NCBI GenBank assembly: GCA_013239625.1
Contig: MU054469.1
Location: 16,893,631-16,957,630, forward strand
DNA length: 64,000 nucleotides
Source of the DNA: Lama guanicoe
Lineage: Eukaryota
Direction of reading: 5' to 3'
In this document: piece by piece, positions 25,362-37,300 of the stretch
How the letters are laid out: every line of letters starts with the position of its first letter
Numbering within the stretch: position 1 is the stretch's first letter
Position numbers and translations under genes: made by a program
The notes under the pieces: model-generated
Seen by the model: only the letters and a program-made list of their open reading frames with translations
Told to the model about the DNA's origin: nothing
Databases searched by the model: none

Positions 25362-26819
25362 GTGAGTATTATGAATAGCACTACCATTGAACAAATGCCA
25401 CTCTTGCGTATGAATGAAAAGTTTGGAGAGCAAAGTTATAAATAATGATAGCTGGAATATTTTATTTTCTCATAATATGCAGAAGTTAAGTGATGACTGT
25501 TTTTTATCCTTCTATATGTTTTCGACATTTCATTTAGCATATTCTTTGGAGCCTAGGAGGATAGTCTGCTCTTTTGTTTTTAAATGCGTATAGTAACACT
25601 ATGTAACTCTACAAAGTGCTCCTTATTTAAAACTATATTTCCTGGTCTTGGATTTACTTTAGAAAACAATACATTTAATAGTGTTTGACATAATTGAAAT
25701 TTTTGATCATTTGATACAGTAGGAATGGTTAAAACTTGGGAGACATCTGTAACTGTTGTAGAAATTTGACATCAAACTGTGCCAAATGTGTTTCAAATAT
25801 GTAGGTAGAGAAACTGTATTACATTCTAACTACCAAGCTAATAATGTGTAATCCTTTATATACCCTTAAATAATTAAAATGCTTAAATAGTTACCTAAAC
25901 AGAAATCTTTTATGAATTAGTATTGTTGATCTAAAGGAAGGCAGCAACATGGAAAATAATTCCTCTTTTTACAGCANNNNNNNNNNNNNNNNNNNNNNNN
26001 NNNNNNNNNNNNNNNNNNNNNNNNNNNNNNNNNNNNNNNNNNNNNNNNNNNNNNNNNNNNNNNNNNNNNNNNNNNNNNNNNNNNNNNNNNNNNNNNNNNN
26101 NNNNNNNNNNNNNNNNNNNNNNNNNNNNNNNNNNNTCACCCCAGCAGCCAGGGACAAAGCTAGTACTGAAAGAAATGTCTGATACTGAATCAGCTCATTG
26201 AGAATTATAGACTAAAAACAAAGACTCTGACAATCACATCAACATTAATAAAATCAAATGTGAGATAGACATGATTAACCTTATCAGAGTTGCCTCGATT
26301 ACCTCTAAAACCTCATACTTATGTGTTGTTTGGATGGATGTTCTTAAGTTGTCTTGGGAAAGGGTGGTGGTTATATTCGAAGCATCCCTTTCTATGGTTG
26401 AAATTTTTTTTAAAGTTCCTGTCTTGATTAACTTCCCATTCATATAGCAACCAGTATATTCTTAAAAGTTTGTTGAAATTCAACTCTTAAATTGCTTTAA
26501 TTATTAACTCTTCTGTTTGAAACCAAAAATAAAGAGTGGTAAATATTAGTCAGAATCAAGGAATGGCATTCAATTAAAGAACACTTTCTTATTACATATT
26601 AATAATCCCTTTTTCTGTCATTACTGTTACAGAGATCTGTCTTGGCTAAAAGTAACTTTTGTCTTTATACCATATAAATAGCTCTTTACAAGCATTTAAA
26701 TGTAATTTCTGGCTAACATTTTACAAATTGCATTTGATGTTGACATACAACTGCTTTAATCTCTCTCTCTCCAGCTATTCTCTCCTCTCATTCATTGTAA
26801 TAATTCATCTTTTTGGCAG

Positions 26820-27043
26820 AATCATTATTGGAGGTCCTGAGAAGTGAAGGTCTGCAAGCTAACACGGAAGCTTTTTTATACTGTATGGGGGCGATCAAAT
26901 TCATTTCTGGAAATCCAGGATTTCTTAATGAAATGATTGGCAAAGGTGCTGTGGAAATATTGCTGAATTTGATAAAGCAAATAAATGAGATCACTGAGAA
27001 ATCTGGTACATGTTTGCCTAATTCAGGCCACTTGTTAGTCCAA
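26820..27043 (+). CDS. ARMC2: ARMC2 coding exon (~exon 10), 224 nt, ARM-repeat region
   Basis: Acceptor tctttttggcag|AATC and donor CAA|gtaagt. Encodes ESLLEVLRSEGLQANTEAFLYCMGAIKFISGNPGFLNEMIGKGAVEILLNLIKQINEITEKSGTCLPNSGHLLVQ. Confidence 0.95.
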
Positions 27044-28015
27044 GTAAGTATTTTACTCGAAAGGGTTAGATGGTAAAATTAGTTATGTTATCTAATATTA
27101 CTTACCTGCCAGTTGGGTGTAACGGGTAATAGGTGAGCTGTTACCTACAGCCGAGTGGAGGTGCCCGGCCCTGGGGATCAGGGCAGCAGCCCTGGCCTTG
27201 CCTCTGCTCTGTATGTGCCCGTTTCCCCTGGAAAAGCTATTCCGTGGCTTTTCATGGAGCAGGTCTCCAGCTTGTGGACACCCATTTCTGCTACCCTGCA
27301 GAGAAAGCAGGCCTGGAAGAATGAAAAAGTAGCACCTCTGCAAAACAATTGCATGTTATAATCAGAATTTTAACAGGCCTAATTTAACTCTAGAGTTTTG
27401 AAGACAGACCTGGCCTGGAGATTGTTTGTGATGATTGGTGGCTCATGTTATGAACCTTGTATCTACAGTAAAAAAAAAAAAACAAAAAAACAAGTTAATG
27501 ACACTGAGTGGACAGTCGCTGAGGGTGTATGTGGACAGCATGCAGGCTAGAGGCTGCAGGAATGAAAGTGGCAAAAACAGGCACGTTTAGTATGACCGAG
27601 GCAGGAAGGAAAAATGTGTTCTGTGTTAGAGTTGTATTACTTCTTTTGCGGCAGATTAAATTTCATGGTCAAATTATTTTCATTGGAGCTATTTCAGTTC
27701 TCATATTCTTTAGATGAGATTTTACTCTAATAGCATTTGTATATCAGATAATATATCTTTGATATAATAATTCATGAGATTTGAAATGTGTTTGTCAATT
27801 AATGAGGGTTGATTGAGCACTCTGAGTGCTCAAAGCCTTGGGGAAAATGTGTTAAAAATTAGATCTAGGCCCTGCCTTGAAGATGTTTATGATGATTATT
27901 AATTTTGGACTTTATGGTCTGTCTCCATTTTGAAAAAGACTGTGAAAACCTCTCTTGGTCATGAATGATTCAAAATTCTACTTGGTGTGCCATCTTTTGG
28001 CACTTAAGAAACATG

Positions 28016-28148
28016 TTTTTTAATTTTATTTTTTTGTTTGGGGTTTTTTTGGGGGGAGGGTGGTAATTAGTTTTATTTATTTATTTATTGAACCCAGGAC
28101 CTCGTGCATGCTAAGCATACACTCTACCACTGAGCTATACCCTCCCCC
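28016..28148 (-). mobile_element. tRNA-Ala(AGC)-derived camelid SINE (vic-1 type), small internal deletion
   Basis: ttgaacccaggacctcgtgcatgctaagcatacactctaccactgagctataccctcccc, preceded by ggtaattag and a T-rich tail. Confidence 0.9.
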
Positions 28149-28789
28149 TAGAAGCATTATTTTTATGCTGATGGTTTTATTGAGTTATTGAACTTCCTCC
28201 CTCAATAAAAATAGTTGTTTAGGTTATATAATTATTATATTTCTTGTTAAAATGTAAAAAAACAAAAAGCATGAAGAGTTTAAAAATTACCTGAACTATT
28301 TTCACCCTGAGATAATGCACCTCCAATGTTTGAGTAACCATTCTTCCATGCATTTTACATGTGTATGTATAATATATACTTACATATGTATAATTTTATA
28401 TAATTCTTGCTTTTTATCTTGAACGTCTTATTTTTAATGGTTGTTTTCACTTGTTTTTCATTACCTTCTCTCAGTTGTTTCTCCTCCTTGCTCACACAGT
28501 TTGCCAACATTGCCTACATGGATGTGCTCAGCACCTTTTAATATACTCATAGGTTTTCAAAAATAAGATATTCTATACTTCTCTTTTCTCATTTAGCAAT
28601 ACATAGTAAAAACTTTATAGACTTATTTTATTCTTTTTATTGGCAGTATAATATTCATGATAAAAATATACCTCAAATGCTCAACCATTCTTCTATTGAG
28701 ATACTCACTCTGCTTTTAATTTTTATGCAAAAGCTTCTAGAATTCTTGTCTGGTTCAAAAAATCTCATTAGCTCTTTCATATGTATATA

Positions 28790-28977
28790 CAGTTGTCCCT
28801 CAGTATCCACAGGGGATTGGATCCTGGACCCATCACAGATACCAAATCCACAGAGGCTCAGGCCCTATACTCAGTCCTCCGTAGCTGCAGGTTCCACATC
28901 CATGGATTCACCCAACCTCAGGTGGATAACAGTTCACCATCCGTGGGTGCAGAACCTACAGATAGGAGGGCTGACTG
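28790..28977 (+). mobile_element. MER2/MER8/Tigger3-family MITE
   Basis: TA|cagttgtccctcagtatccacaggggattgg...cagataggagggctgactg; inverse orientation to the copy at 16485. Confidence 0.8.
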
Positions 28978-28979
28978 TT

Positions 28980-29185
28980 ATATGCATATACATTTATATA
29001 TTTATATGTAGCTCATAAATTTGTATAAAAATTAAATGTAAAAATGTATTTCTTTATATATATTTATTTTCTATTATGTTTATATATTATATGTAATATA
29101 TAATATAACATATAATAATGATATATTATATTATTATTTATTTATATTATTTATATATAGTAAAAATATAGTATATAGATAAAAT
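28980..29185. repeat. AT-rich / degenerate (TA)n low-complexity tract
   Basis: About 200 bp of almost only A/T. Confidence 0.85.
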
Positions 29186-29698
29186 CAGTTGGTATAAAGG
29201 AGAATTGAGTATTATTGTGACCAAAAATATATCACATCCAGAACTAGGACCCCTGGTATGCCTGTAAGAACAGCATGCTTCTCTCTGTGTTCTTCTCCTT
29301 CCCCTTTTCCCTCCCTTCAGCCTCCTTGAGTGGACTCACTAAGTCAGAAGCCCCTTTCCTGTCCCAGCATCCGTGTGTCCCTCTAGGGTGTGGTCGTGCA
29401 GGGCGCTGTAGTAACTCCCTCCTCACTGCCCACCACTGTTCCCTTGGCACTGTCATTGTCTCCAGAACCTTCCTGTGAACCTGCCTAGGGTGTGGCGTGG
29501 GTTGGGCCCCCGCATCCCTGCCCAGCAGGAGAAAGCGGGGCCCATTATTGCTGCCACCTGAGAACATGCTCCTGCCTTGTCACCAAGTGCCATCTGTGTC
29601 AACTGGACACTGTCACTATGTATGTGTGTTTAAATTTGCAGAATCCCGTGAACTGGACATTCCCTTGTATTGAATTGAAACAAAGAAAAAGTATTTTG

Positions 29699-29840
29699 GG
29701 GTGGGGAGGGTATAGCTCAAATGGTAGAGCTCATGCTTAGCATACATGAGGTACCAGGTTCAATCCTCAGTACCTCCTCTAAAAATAAATAAACCTAATT
29801 ACCTGCCCCCATGGGGAAAAAAAATAACTCTCAGAAGTTT
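29699..29840 (+). mobile_element. tRNA-Ala(AGC)-derived camelid SINE (vic-1 type) with 13-bp target-site duplication
   Basis: ggggagggtatagctcaaatggtagagctcatgcttagcat...; TSD aaaaagtattttg (29686-29698) / aaaaagtgttttg (29841-29853). Confidence 0.9.
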
Positions 29841-31699
29841 AAAAAGTGTTTTGTATCATGTGAGCAATGTGGCTTCACTAGAATTACAGATGCAAATTTC
29901 CACTCTTGTGTGTGTATCACACTAACTGGCTTTTCTCTAGCTCGTTCTTATGCACATTCAACCAAACAGATCTGGCCATGGGAAGAATTGTTCCATCACA
30001 CCAGCTTTCAGGACCTGGTAACTCTAGCCATGAGGCATTTTTTTTTAAAGCAACTTTGTTCAGTTGAAAAAGTAAATTATTTGTGGCTGTACTAACAGAA
30101 TACTGTCTGGAAGCCAGAGAGAACATGGCAAGGCAAAAGAAAAAGGCAGAACTTTTTCTCCTTTGTGACTTTCAACTGAAGAATCTCAGTGGCTTTACCA
30201 CCTATTATAAAATGTTGAATATTCTACCATCCAGCACAGCGCTGGAGTCATCCTATTCCCTAGAGCAGCCCTGCAGGAGGCAACTGAATGAGTGAAAAAC
30301 ATTTGAACCTGGACACTGAAGATTTTGTAGGATTTGGGAAACTGGGAACAAGGGGAAGGGATAAGGTGTGTTTGGGGGCTGCTGAAGAGGTAGATCTATG
30401 CAGAGCAGAGGGTTTTGTTGGGAGGAGTGGAATTCAGAGGCTACAGGCACGGGCTGGAATACCAGGCTGCCGGAGCGTGAACTTGGAGTAACACAGGGCA
30501 GTTGGAGGAAGGCGATGAGATCAGAGTGGCAGAAAGATAAATGTGCATGAGATATCAAACTGATAAAGACCAAAATGCTGAAATGTGACGGGAGGAGAGT
30601 GTGTCAGTGGTACAGACAGATTGGAGGGTTCAGATCTCACATACAGCAGCCCCAGTTTAAGAGGCGTTGCTGCAGTTATTAGATTTTAGATGGACTATAA
30701 TGGAGATAAGAAATGGATGTGAAAGAAATCTCCACAGCATATGGGCCAGTGTTGCTCAGAGGAAGAAAAATGCTGAAGTGTTAAGATTTTTTAAGGTTTT
30801 CTCTGCGTTGTTTCTTACGTATGTATCTAGCATACACATACATATATGTTTATCACATCAAGAGACACTGATTTCACAAATGCTTGTGGAATGGCTGCTC
30901 CATGCCAGGTGTGTTCTGGGCGGTAAATAAGGCAGTGGAGGGCAAGATAGCTGCCCACAGAGGCTGACTTTTGGTGATACCCATGTCCAGATAACAGTTT
31001 TCTGGTGTCTTGTTCTTCTACAAAACCCTGGTGCTTCCACACATTCAGCACTGCATTCAGTTCTGCCTGCCACATGCTGAATAGCATTTTGAGAAGGTTG
31101 AGTGGATGATTGCTGATGCTCAGAGGAACTGAGGGGTCACCACCACTTTCCACCAAGTGGAAGTGTTAATACTCCTGGTCTGGCAAAACTAGGGATGGGA
31201 ATTTGTCTGTAAAATCATAAGCATAAAGAAGGTTAGTCTGTGCATGATCACTAAATTCCAGAATGCTAGAATTTCAGGAGAGCTCTCTGAAACTTGGAAA
31301 AAGAGAAATACAGGCCAGCTAAAAGCAAGGCTCCCTAGATTCAAGCAGTAAATTACGTCCCCTAAGAAGGTGACATGGACGAAATAGGAGCTTGTCGATG
31401 TTAATCTCGCTGGATTATCAGGAAGTGTTAGGGTTCATTGCTGACTTGCAAAGCCCAGCAGTTGGGAGGGGGTAATACAGGAGCCGAGGGAAATTCCTGG
31501 AGTCACCTCCATCACAAAGTCTCTCGTGGTTTCCATCACACTCCCTTTCTGGAGAAGGGAGAAGAGTCTTCTGGGTGCATCAGTCACAAGCAGACCCCAG
31601 TTCCCCTGGTATCTCGTTTGTCCTCTTGTGTCTTGAGGATGCTGTGTACAAAGCTGTTTTACCATAATTGAAGAAAACCTCAAGGTAACTGCCATTGAC

Positions 31700-31825
31700 A
31701 GTGAGATGATTTACAGGTGTACCGTGTCACTATTAAACACAGATTAAGTGAATCTCTTTGCGTACACCTGAAACTAACATTGTAAATTGGCTACACCTCA
31801 ATTAAAAACAAGAATTAAAAAAACC
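31700..31825 (+). mobile_element. Short L1 3' terminus (artiodactyl type)
   Basis: tgaatctctttgcgtacacctgaaactaacattgtaaattggctacacctcaattaaaaa. Confidence 0.7.
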
Positions 31826-33941
31826 CATGCTGACTTAAACTAACATTCCTATTTTTTTTTGATTCCTTTGTATTTCTTCTTTATGGCCTGATCCACTTGA
31901 TTTTGAGTTCAATTCTTAAAGAAACGTATTCTTTCCCTGCTTCAGAGTTCACATTTTTGAAGTTAGAACTTCAGCACATCCCCAGGTAATGGGGTTTCTT
32001 TCCTTCCTCTTACACCTGTTTCCATTCTCTGGCCTCCGAGCCTGCAAGCTTCTCCACAGAGGGTCCTTCAAATCCTAATCTTTCCACCTCCTTGCTCAGT
32101 ACATCTCCAGTGTCTTGTTCTTTCTTTTTCTAATCGGGGATCAGTCCTCCCAGCCCATGTCAGGCCCTGCTCCTTTCCTCCACTTTGGCTTTAGAGTGTG
32201 GGGAAAAGGAAAGTGAATCCTGGAGAAATTTGAGCCTGGGTGGCTTAGAAAATGATATTATTATTATCAGAAATTAGAACATTACTCTCTAAGGGAACCG
32301 ATGTGGTGAGAGGAGAGAGGAAAATGATATAATTAGCCTTCACATGAAACTTGAACGTGCCAGCAGAATAGCCAGGAGGGACTGTCCAGGAGGCAGCTGG
32401 AGATAGGAACCCATGCTTAGCAGAGGAAGTAAAGCCAGAAAAGCGGATGTAGGGTCATCTACATGGAGTTGACAGTTAAAGTCGAGAAAGACAATGACAG
32501 TACTCAACGGGAGGGTATAGAGAGAGGCTGGAGGAGGTTGACAACAGATTTCCTAAGATGGCCAGATGTGTGAAATAGAAAGTGAAAAAAGAAGTGACCA
32601 GAAAATTCAGAACGGATGATGTAGAAGAGAGCAGAGATTTTAAAAGCAGGGATTGGTCAGCTTCGGCAAATCCTGCGAGAACCCAGGGAAGGAGGGGTTC
32701 TGCTGCTTCATCTGGAGCAGTCTGAATGGGCAGGTGGGGTGGGGTCTGTCCTCGCTCTCTCTAAATCTTGCATGATTTATCCCTGCACTTTAAAATTAAA
32801 AGGTGTTTTGATATAGTTGATTTTTTGTCTTCTAAGTTCTAAGCCCAGAGTAGACTCCCCACAGTGGCTGCTCTGAGTTCATCCCTGTGTTCTGTATTCC
32901 AAATCCCCACCACGTGGTACCATCGTCTCCCAGAGCGCCAGTGGTCTTTCTGGCTTTGTGCCCCCAGGTTGGGACAGGGCTTCATGCCACCATGTAGACT
33001 CTGGACTCTGGAGGAGGGTGCAGGCTATGTGCCATTCAGCTCTGTCGCTCTGTGAGCCCCACTCCCCTCATCTCCGAAGGACTGGCCGTCTGTCCGGGTG
33101 TAAAGAGAGGTGGAAAAGTTAACCGACGTGATGTATTGAAGCACCTAGAACAGGGCATGGCGTGTGGATGGCACTCAGCAGAAATTTAGTCAATATAATG
33201 AGATCAGAATCACCAAAGTGTGAAGCTCCAAAAAGCAATTACTTCTGATGAGAAAAAAAATTAATCATAAGAAATTGAGAAGACAGAATTAGAGCTGGAG
33301 TTCAAATCTTGGGTCTTTTTTATTTTTCTGGCTTTAACAAGCTGCTAAAAAGAAACTAAAATTGGAAGAGGGGGTGTTACATCAGCGGTTCAGGATTCCA
33401 GGTACATGGTGGACCCCAAGTTTCAGTGCCAGTTATTCTCTGCTCCAAGGATTTGGGGAATTTAAGAGAGGCCTTGACTGAAGTCTGGGGATTCAATTAA
33501 ACTGATTTAAATTACATTAGTAATTAAGGATTGTACCAAGGTGGTGGTGGGGGCTTTAAATTTTGCTTCAGTTATTTTCAATAGTTCTAAAATGTAAAGA
33601 TTAATAAATTTTTATTAGGTAATTAATTATTATTAATATGAATACTTAGGCAGGAAAGTATGTTAACTTTCTTTCTCTGGCTTAACCCTGCCCATGGGAA
33701 GCCTGCCTCTTCAGACCATGAAATCAGAAACAAGGCAATAACTTCCATCTGATGGACTCTTGCTCTGGTTATTGCAGGAAATTGTGCATCTATAAAATGC
33801 AAGTGAATATTCTCATGATTATATTTCTTAAACTCTTACAGACAATTTTATTGGAGATTTGAGGATTAAACAGGAAAAATATTTTTAAACATCTCTTTGG
33901 AAAGTTTTGCCTAAGTACAAAGCAGCAGATGAGGTCACTTA

Positions 33942-34392
33942 CTTTTTTATTGTTTTCATTAAGGTATATAATTACAATAAGTGAAATGCTCAGGTCTTAC
34001 ATGTTTGATGAGTTTTGACAAAAAGCATATTCACACCCCTATCAAGAGGCAGAGGATTTCTATCACCTCAGAAATTTCCTCCCACCTCTTCCCAAAGAGA
34101 ACCATTTTTCTGACCCTTTTCACCATAGATAAGCTCTGCCTGTTCTAGAATGTAACATAAATGGAATATACAGTGTGTAGTTTTGTGTGTGTGGCTTTTT
34201 TTAAAACTTTTATTTTGAACTAAGTGTAGATTCACAAGATGTTGCAAAAATAATAAAGGCCACCCTACTTCTCCCAATGGGGACATCTTCCATAACTATA
34301 AGACGTTGTGAAAACCAGGATACTGATGTGGATACAATACAGTTAACTAGAGCACTGTGTCTGGCTTATTTCACTTATTATGTTTGAGATTA
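33942..34392 (-). mobile_element. L1M (L1MB/MC-like) 3' end fragments
   Basis: tgatgagttttgaca...accatagat...gcctgttctagaa...ataaatggaatatacagtgtgta...tctggcttatttcact. Confidence 0.7.
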
Positions 34393-37300
34393 GGGGAAAC
34401 TCGTTTGTCACCATCTTTGGTTTTGTTATTAGGCTTACTAATTTTTAAACGATGTATTTGCTTATGGGAAGGGTCATATTTTCTACTTATGAGGTTTCCT
34501 TCTTATAAAGGAATACCCAGGAGTATAACTACCCACTCCCTCATCCAGCTGGCATGTGAGAGTAGGCAGTCAGAGGCTGCTCTTCCCTTTCTTGGGAAGA
34601 GGCTACATACAGGCAACTTGTGTTCACCTTGAATTCCCCAGGGATAGCATATATGAAGATCTGGGGGAGGCTCAGAGATCCCAAACGTGCAATGCGTTGG
34701 GCTTTGAATTTGGAAATAAGAGACTAAGGCAGATCGGAGGAAAGTTGGAAGATGTACTTTGTAGACGAGGTGGTATGCTCTGTAATCCTGAGCCCTGAAT
34801 TAGATTTGCCCACCATGTCACAGGCCACACCTGCCCCTGGAGGAGCAGAGGAGAACACCTGTGCTCACCGAGCAGGACGTGAGGGGTGGAGAGTGACCAG
34901 GAGATAACACTAAGGGATGTCTACAGCAGGACTGGGCAATAAGTATCCTGCGCCAATTGTTTCTGGGGAGAGCCATTTGCTTTTCAATCGCTGTCATACC
35001 TGCTCGGTCTCATCTGTTCACTGTAGACGTTATTAGTTGTGGCAATACAGAAATGGCACTAACTTTAACATGTAATTCTGGAAATCATTGTTTTTGCTTT
35101 GTAGTTCTTAAAGCATTATCTTTTTTCAGACTCATTTTCCTTATTTTGCTGCACTGGCACTCTCTCTTGTTTAGATGACATTCAAATTTCAACTGTACTG
35201 ATACATATAATGGCCACAACTAGAAGAATCAGCTCACTGCTCATTTTATCAAGGTAACTGACACAGCGGCAGTCAATGGAGAAACAATAATAAACATAGG
35301 CAAACGTTGCCTAGAGTCTCAAAGTAGGGCACAGGGGTTTGCGGCAGGCAGAACCATTTCCTGCTGAAGTAGGGCACCCGTGGTAGGGATGTGCGCCACA
35401 GCCGGGCACCAGGTGTTACCAAGGATTGTGAATTAATGTTGTTTTCATTTGCATGTATCTTAAGTCTGATAAAATGCTTAGGAATTTCTGGAACTAGTGG
35501 TTTCATGCGTACAGTGGCATCTTATCATTGGTTTCTTTTGTCAGCCAGAACTCATCACATATGAGACAATGTGAAACTTCTTGGGTGACCACAAGGGCTC
35601 TGGTTTTGGCATTATATGTGGTCTCAATTGGGCAGAAATCCAGAAAATGAATATGCTTTCATGAATAGAGGGAGATAGTTTTGCTGAGGTTGGAAAATGG
35701 TGTGGCTTTGGTCTTAAACCATTTGACACTGTTTGCAGTCTCTGGAGGTTGTGTTTATTCTTTCACATCGTCAGCGGGAAGTGAACCATTCTGCAGTTGG
35801 CAGTGAAGTTGAGATAAAGCTCTAGGGATTTGGGTAATGGCTATTCCAGATGATTGAGAAATAAAATGAGTGCTTTTCAGAGACGGTCAAGTGGAGCAGG
35901 GAAGACAACAGACAAGGGGTCGGAACCCCAAATGCCCACCTACCTGCAGCTGGTGGACTTTGTGAGCTTCAGTTTCAGCCCTCATCTGAAAAGAGGGGCT
36001 CATAAGACCTTTCCTATCTACAATGTGGGGTTGGTTTAGGGAGCAAATGAAATCAAGCTTACGAGATAGCCTTATTAAAAAAAATAATGTAGATGGTCAA
36101 ATCTTTTTCATAATACCATTCAATGGATAAAAATGAAATGAATCTTGACGCTAATTTTGGTAGAGGAAGCATACTAACTTTCAAACTGTTAATGGTACAA
36201 TTTTCAATTGCATTATGTTCCAAAGTTTTCTTTGAAAGCTGTTTGTCTTTGAAATTGGGGAAATGTTTCTCCAAGGAGCAATGCCATGATGGATGGAGAA
36301 GTTCCTGAGCTAGCCAAAAAGCCTGGTCAAATTGTGATGTGCCTAAATGGGGGTTCGGTGGTGGGATGTGAGCTACAAGCCCCTCTGATCTGGGGCCGCT
36401 CTGATGGCTGCATGCCTCTAGGGCAGACTCTGGTGAGTTCCCTGGGGTCTGAGGACTCTGATGCGGGGGTGGGGAAGAGCGCAAAAGAAAAAGAGAGGGT
36501 CATCCACTCAAGAAGTGAGCAGTATGTGTAGGCTGGGTGGACAGCCAGCCGTCCCCACCGTGCGCCCATCCTAGTACATTAGAGAATGGTAGGGGTGGGG
36601 CCCCAGCTGCTGGGCCTGTGTCGTTCTGCTCAAGTCTGGTGATCCAGACTGGGGAGCCTCGTATTTTAAGGCAAAGATTTCATGTGTTTGCTAAGGTTTT
36701 TAAATTAATTAATAGTTGGAAACATAATTTGAAATTGAAGTACCCATGAATGATTGAAAAAAAGATGCCGAATCTTTTAAATTCCAATTTTACTTTACTA
36801 AAATGCTGTTTGAGACTGCATAAATTATCTAATTACTTCCTAATACAAGTTTTCCCTTTAAAATGGGTCTCCTAATGTTGACTGCATGATGAGAACTTCG
36901 AGGCCCAACTCATTTAATGTGAGATAGGACAGCTTTTTCAAACTCATCAGGTGTTTTACCTAGAGATTCCAAGTGAGGGTGGGGCCCAATCTTATGATCA
37001 AGGAATCTGGGGAAACAGAAAAAGCTGCCTCAGGAAAAGTGAGTGCCATAAAGTTGTAGAGTGTAGCCCTGTCATTTTCCAGCAGTAGATTAGTAACCAG
37101 AATCTCACCAGAATGTTTCTTCCCTGATGTATGCAAAAAAAAAGTTGGTCCCTTTTTGTCCCAGACATCATCCAACAATGCTTCAATTTTTATTAAATCC
37201 TCTCTGTGGGTTACTAATTCCATATTCTTCTCCTTTTTTTTGTTCCCACTGGTTGCCCTCTGACTCAGTATATCTGTCCCAAGGGGTGGCACATTAAGAG

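Noticed and set aside
27098-27120. U1 snRNA-like 5' end (tacttacctg.cag)
   Set aside because: The similarity stops after ~14 nt and is better read as a minus-strand splice donor.
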